Positions 60,901-64,000 of a stretch of 64,000 nt of DNA are shown here, one piece after another. Below the pieces are notes generated by a model. That model searched no databases, was not told where the DNA came from, and worked only from the letters and a program-made list of their open reading frames with translations. Source of the stretch: an uncultured Gammaproteobacteria bacterium (GTDB lineage: Bacteria; Cyanobacteriota; Vampirovibrionia; 2-02-FULL-35-15); contig CAZRTB010000002.1 of assembly GCA_964602915.1 (NCBI GenBank), positions 86,301 through 150,300 on the forward strand, read 5' to 3'. The first letter of the stretch is position 1, and each line of letters starts with the position of its first letter. The position numbers were made by a program, and so were the translations under genes.

Positions 60901-62013
60901 GTTGAAAACAATGCAAGATCTTTCCCAATTGGTGGAAGAGTTTCAGCACGTAACTTGGATCCAGAAAACACAGTTCTTTCCGCAGTAATTACTAAGGGTC
61001 AACTCTGGGTAGTACCAGCAGCTTCAACAGCATTTTCAACTGCTCCAGCAGCTGCAGACGTATCCTTCTCAGATAACTCAATCGTAATTGATGGAAATCC
61101 TTACATCGTTACATCAGCAACAGTAGATCCAAACCCACCTTTAGGAACATTAGTAATTCCTATTAAGAAAGGTTCTGGAGATCCTACTGTTAACACAACT
61201 ACAGTTACAGTAAGAAATCTTAAACTAGGCGCGGCTACATCAAGTACAACTGATTTAGTTGCATCAGTTCAGTTCTTCTTACAAGATGCAGGTGTAGTAG
61301 TTAACACACCAGGTATTGCATCTGGTAACAGTGCTACAACTCCTACACTCTTTACACCATATGTTAGAGGTGGAACCAAAGCAGGTACTCAGCTAAATAC
61401 AGCTGGTGTCCAACTTGGAACTGGTTCATTAGCAAATTCATTGCTAACTTCCAGATTAACTACTGAAGGTGCTCCTCAACTTAGCCCATTTGCAACCGTA
61501 GTATCATCAGCTAAAAATGCAGATGCTTCAAAGATTACTGTTTCAGCAACAGCTGTAGCAGGATCAAGCGGTTCAACTTCAACAGATAATACAGTAACCG
61601 TAACAGGTGCTGCAGGATCAGTTGACGGTGGTGCTCAAGTTGTTGTCACTACAGGTAGTGGAACCACTACATATGATTCTGTAACAGTAGTTTCATCTAC
61701 TGATGGATCATTCACAGCTAAGCTCAGAGGTGATTGTGCAAGTCCAGCTACAAGTGTTTCAGTTACAGTTGCAGAATCAGTTAGTGGAACAGCCACTACA
61801 TCTGTAAGTAAGACAGCACTGTGTAATGGAAGTACAGGTGATACAGCAGACTCAGTATTTACTGAAATTGCTGGAGCAGACGGTACTGCAACAATTACTG
61901 AAGTGCTTAACTACATCACTTCAAAAGGCGGTTTATCAGCAGTTATTTCAGCAGGTGGAGCAACACTTGATGGAGTAATCAAGGCTGTTAAATCAGTTCT
62001 TGGACTTAGCTAA
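58000..62013 (+). CDS. Giant secreted Thr/Ser/Ala/Gly-rich low-complexity surface protein (putative S-layer or mucin-like glycoprotein), 1337 aa
   Basis: SD aaaggag 8 nt upstream and a signal peptide MKLISSKKTKRQIALLFVFAFMLSNLLSLFGPSANA. The rest is dominated by T/S/A/G/V with very few charged or aromatic residues. There is no RTX GGxGxD motif or LPxTG motif. A strong terminator follows. Confidence 0.65.
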   Translation: MKLISSKKTKRQIALLFVFAFMLSNLLSLFGPSANAAVTITAPSAGTCFQHTGTTASGALVTVYNIGTVQVSLTASEVTPGDDAAATDGITAGVARATLAGSISAASDVIGNVFSIVPPTGTNFVIVPGFADTAATNHLAAANASISNTSSSDTSASVDSTLGVSVGVVTTGTSGIGRAIVAIARDAGDEVYPKSGTSTNTVTVSFNGLGIAIPPSGDGSLSGTLQATFDSTPPSGIGVSGGASAAAVASGIPGLSGTLNLCTVTTTANQLEAVSDADDDTTDLYDKTASSSNLIALSQIGSFTSLTAQDLATNTATPRVDLEPILIRGTTGTGTATRDQVFATGELLSDIDTNAESPSTSALDLATAFGNNVITPITIAFSDDNATATTTLNAVDIIIENSTAPTTAAGFSATQSSRFGFLGALRAAQIAGGNTASVTAFVAGSHWGITSNRGDTAVVQEANRANANNTVLNGSFGGLNANNTEPFNDTFVDLRINCDGSAPVAGWFAIGNGSNAGAQAAFGTTANTNQLLARSQAGSKLLVSSLSNFYTQNLTNIAGTTPGTTVAGDFNPTPFLGGANAIVVDSTLRNNALLYASCANNTLTLFPIQDAFDATRDILAITPKLTVSNISNTLSSDTNIVAQISGNNLSGTTTLNLTKLLGAIGTSGGQTSTLAAATGVGLSEAAQLAINCSSGSSSTVTLSSVTATSLDATVAAACTSGSIATPPALFKGGAPNTVSGTTVIDGSPVVQSEGRGVLLKELSATGFSELVNKVGGGSTGTVIEVQLPSGCDVIDDRDDNNTAAASGGGGNDVTMFTLTSTAGVSVAATGIGTTPADLTVVNAVIPSTGADPALLHFGFTSASGVGTDATTTDAVLLRLDAQDIFCPSTVADGALTGLVRAQNKTVSPTITENLGSVSFGTATSAATFSIADDVVTSTKGETSTNTMIGTTPRLSGGSVTTANPFKIVENNARSFPIGGRVSARNLDPENTVLSAVITKGQLWVVPAASTAFSTAPAAADVSFSDNSIVIDGNPYIVTSATVDPNPPLGTLVIPIKKGSGDPTVNTTTVTVRNLKLGAATSSTTDLVASVQFFLQDAGVVVNTPGIASGNSATTPTLFTPYVRGGTKAGTQLNTAGVQLGTGSLANSLLTSRLTTEGAPQLSPFATVVSSAKNADASKITVSATAVAGSSGSTSTDNTVTVTGAAGSVDGGAQVVVTTGSGTTTYDSVTVVSSTDGSFTAKLRGDCASPATSVSVTVAESVSGTATTSVSKTALCNGSTGDTADSVFTEIAGADGTATITEVLNYITSKGGLSAVISAGGATLDGVIKAVKSVLGLS

Positions 62014-62030
62014 TAGCTAAGAGAAATTTA

Positions 62031-62060
62031 GAGGCCCTGTTCTCAGGGCCTCTCTTTTTT
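62031..62060 (+). terminator. Rho-independent terminator after the 1337-aa surface protein gene
   Basis: Perfect 9-bp stem gaggccctg (62031-62039) / cagggcctc (62044-62052) with loop ttct, followed by tctttttt. Confidence 0.8.
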
Positions 62061-62165
62061 CAAAAAAATTATTATATTTAGACTATTAGTCGAAAAAAAT
62101 TAGATAAAAAAGTAAAAAGTTTCCAATAATTAGTTTTATCGAAGGAAAAGGTGGAGGAAAATAAA

Positions 62166-63575
62166 ATGGTCAAAAGAGCAACTTCATTAGTGTTAGCATT
62201 GTTGCTTTTAACTGGTATCTATTCAAATATTCCAGCTAAAGCACAAGTAACAGCAACACCAACACAAGCTGTAATCACAGTTAGTGGTGTGCCAGCTAAT
62301 ACAACAAATCTAGCTGTTGAAGTAACAGTAGATTCTTCAGTTGTTACATTAGGAGGTGCATCAACAAGTGCTTCAGGTGCAATTGCTGCATCAGGAAGTA
62401 ATGGTGTTGGTGTCGTATCAACAACAGGCAGTTTGCCAGATAGTTTTACAATTACAGTAGGTCTTACTGGAGTAGCAGTAGGAACATCTGCAGTTACTCT
62501 TGGTAATGTAAAAGATACCTTAGGATCGTCAGGTGTTGTAATTAGTGGTGTAACAGCGATGGCTGATACAAGTTCAGTAACAGTTGCATCATCATCAACT
62601 ACTACATCATCAACGACATCATCATCAAGTTCAACTGGTGGTGGAACACTTAGTACAGATACATTTACAATAATGGTTACAGGTGAAGCAGTTAAACAAA
62701 CTACAGCACTTAATGTAACATTAGCATTTGCAGATTCATCAATTGCTCAGTTAGATACAACTGGTGTAACAGTTACAGGAAGTGGCATTACACAGTTATT
62801 AACTAATTCAGATTCAGCAACAAGTGTAGTATCAGCAGTATGGAGTGGAACTTCAACTGATGGTACCGTTACAATTACTGGAAAATTAAAACCAGGAACT
62901 ATGGGTGGAACTACAACAGTAGGAATAGCTAAAGTTGAAGCTGCAGGTGGAACAGACATTACTTCAAATGTCGTAGCATCAGTTGACCCAACTAGCATTA
63001 CTAATGGTTCTGGTTCATCATCAAGCGGAGTCGGTTCATTTACATTAATCGGACCATCTTCAGCTACTGGACCAGGAAAAGTAGCAGTTTCATTCTCAGC
63101 AACTGGAGCTTCTAGTGATATTATGGCAACCTTAAATGGTTCTACAGTATCATTCTTTAATGGAAACAGTGTAGGGGTAGCAATTATTGATATCTCAACA
63201 GCTGGTTCAATTCCACTTTCATTAGTAGCAACTAGTGGTGGTTCAAGTGCAACAGTTAATCTTGGTAATATTACAGTTACTCAAGGAACTGGTAAAGCAC
63301 CTAAAGTTAAAACAGCTTCTGTAAGCAACAAGTCTACAGGAACTAAATTAACTGTAACTGGTAAAGCATTTGCTAAGGATTCAACTACCGTAACAATTGC
63401 TCCAACAGATCACTCAGCTACAACAACAAAAGTTAAAGGCACATCAATCATGGCATCTTACTCATCTTCAGAGTGTATACCAAATGGTAGCTTCGTAAAT
63501 GTAAGCACACCAGGTGGTACATCATCTAAGAAGATTACCGTAAGAGGTACCTGTGCTAATAGCTTAGCTCCTTAA
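62166..63575 (+). CDS. Secreted Thr/Ser/Gly-rich low-complexity surface protein (about 470 aa); likely partner or paralog of the 1337-aa protein
   Basis: ATG at 62166 preceded by the SD ggtggagg. The ORF-track start at 62151 is a GTG inside that SD. Signal peptide MVKRATSLVLALLLLTGIYSNIPAKAQ. The body is T/S/G/V/A-rich and includes a poly-Ser/Thr tract SSSTTTSSTTSSSSSTGGG. Confidence 0.6.
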   Translation: MVKRATSLVLALLLLTGIYSNIPAKAQVTATPTQAVITVSGVPANTTNLAVEVTVDSSVVTLGGASTSASGAIAASGSNGVGVVSTTGSLPDSFTITVGLTGVAVGTSAVTLGNVKDTLGSSGVVISGVTAMADTSSVTVASSSTTTSSTTSSSSSTGGGTLSTDTFTIMVTGEAVKQTTALNVTLAFADSSIAQLDTTGVTVTGSGITQLLTNSDSATSVVSAVWSGTSTDGTVTITGKLKPGTMGGTTTVGIAKVEAAGGTDITSNVVASVDPTSITNGSGSSSSGVGSFTLIGPSSATGPGKVAVSFSATGASSDIMATLNGSTVSFFNGNSVGVAIIDISTAGSIPLSLVATSGGSSATVNLGNITVTQGTGKAPKVKTASVSNKSTGTKLTVTGKAFAKDSTTVTIAPTDHSATTTKVKGTSIMASYSSSECIPNGSFVNVSTPGGTSSKKITVRGTCANSLAP

Positions 63576-63600
63576 TAAAGAGCATAGTGTTCTATAAAGA

Positions 63601-63630
63601 GGGGGGCCTTAAAGCTCCCCTTTTTTATTT
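63601..63630 (+). terminator. Rho-independent terminator after the second surface protein gene
   Basis: Stem ggggggc / gctcccc (one G-U wobble), loop cttaaa, followed by ttttttattt. Confidence 0.7.
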
Positions 63631-63732
63631 AATAAGACTATTTATACTCCTGAAATTTTTCTTGGAGAAATATCAGTAAATAATTTTTCACATTTGATAA
63701 AATTTAGTTGTTAAATAAAAGAGGTGTTAATA

Positions 63733-64000
63733 ATGAAAAAAAATCTAGCTTATATTTTGCTTTTGTCTTTAATTTTTAACTTTAATGCATTTAATGCACA
63801 TGCTATTAAAAATACATCAAAGGCATCTGCTAAAAAGCAAGTTGTAGATAATATTACTGAAAAAACTGAAGAGCCAAAAGTAGAACAAAAAACAGAAGTA
63901 AAAGAAGAAGCACAACAACAATATCAACTAGAGGTAACCGTAAAAGATATTCCTAAATCTCAACAAACACTTTTTATACCTATAAAAATAGACACTATGG
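63733..64000 (+). CDS. Secreted protein, N-terminal fragment (continues beyond the right edge of the window)
   Basis: ATG at 63733 with the SD agaggtg. Signal peptide MKKNLAYILLLSLIFNFNAFNAHA, followed by a K/E/Q-rich region. It is truncated by the window end. Confidence 0.4.
   Translation, partial: MKKNLAYILLLSLIFNFNAFNAHAIKNTSKASAKKQVVDNITEKTEEPKVEQKTEVKEEAQQQYQLEVTVKDIPKSQQTLFIPIKIDTM

Noticed and set aside
58206-62998. Minus-strand ORFs inside the Thr/Ser-rich surface protein genes (58206-58445, 58923-59189, 60249-60578, 60608-60829, 60642-60971, 62747-62998)
   Set aside because: These are reverse-complement reading frames of a compositionally biased (ACN/GCN/GGN-rich) gene. Open antisense frames are expected by chance in such sequence.

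Overview
This is a low-GC (roughly 30% by eye), gene-dense bacterial chromosomal window. The left third (1-20.6 kb) carries housekeeping genes: a partial purine nucleoside phosphorylase (PNP), a GHL10-like hydrolase, an ATL alkyltransferase-like protein, pyrE, thrS, an RlpA-like protein, a cyanobacterial-type group-1 sigma factor, a GuaB3-like IMPDH, a PP2C phosphatase, tRNA-Val(UAC), prs, gyrB, a DUF721/DciA-like gene, recF and an LptD/OstA-like protein. From about 20.6 kb to 57.6 kb lies a roughly 37-kb glycan-synthesis and glycosyl-transfer island. It encodes an AsnB/WbpS-like amidotransferase, two B12-binding class-B radical SAM enzymes and a GtrB/ArnC-like GT2 followed by two tandem ArnT/PMT-like GT-C paralogs. 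It also encodes two methyltransferases, a GT4, a NodU/CmcH carbamoyltransferase, a YfhO-like large membrane protein and rfbB with a long-form G1P nucleotidyltransferase. Further genes are a flippase-like membrane protein, a radical SAM/SPASM enzyme, a hexapeptide acetyltransferase, a divergent pair of novel roughly 770-aa polytopic membrane paralogs and five tandem, translationally coupled paralogs of TPR-containing GT-C (PMT_2/TMTC-like) membrane glycosyltransferases. Immediately divergent from that array are two signal-peptide-bearing, extremely Thr/Ser/Ala/Gly-rich low-complexity proteins (1337 aa and about 470 aa). The most interesting reading is an expanded, multi-paralog protein O-glycosylation system that decorates these Ser/Thr-rich surface (S-layer or mucin-like) proteins with modified sugars. 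No Wzx/Wzy/Wzz or ABC polysaccharide exporter is visible, which fits protein or lipid glycosylation better than O-antigen or capsule synthesis. I saw no CRISPR array, transposase or integrase. All calls rest on motif-level reading of the supplied translations, and no database search was possible.
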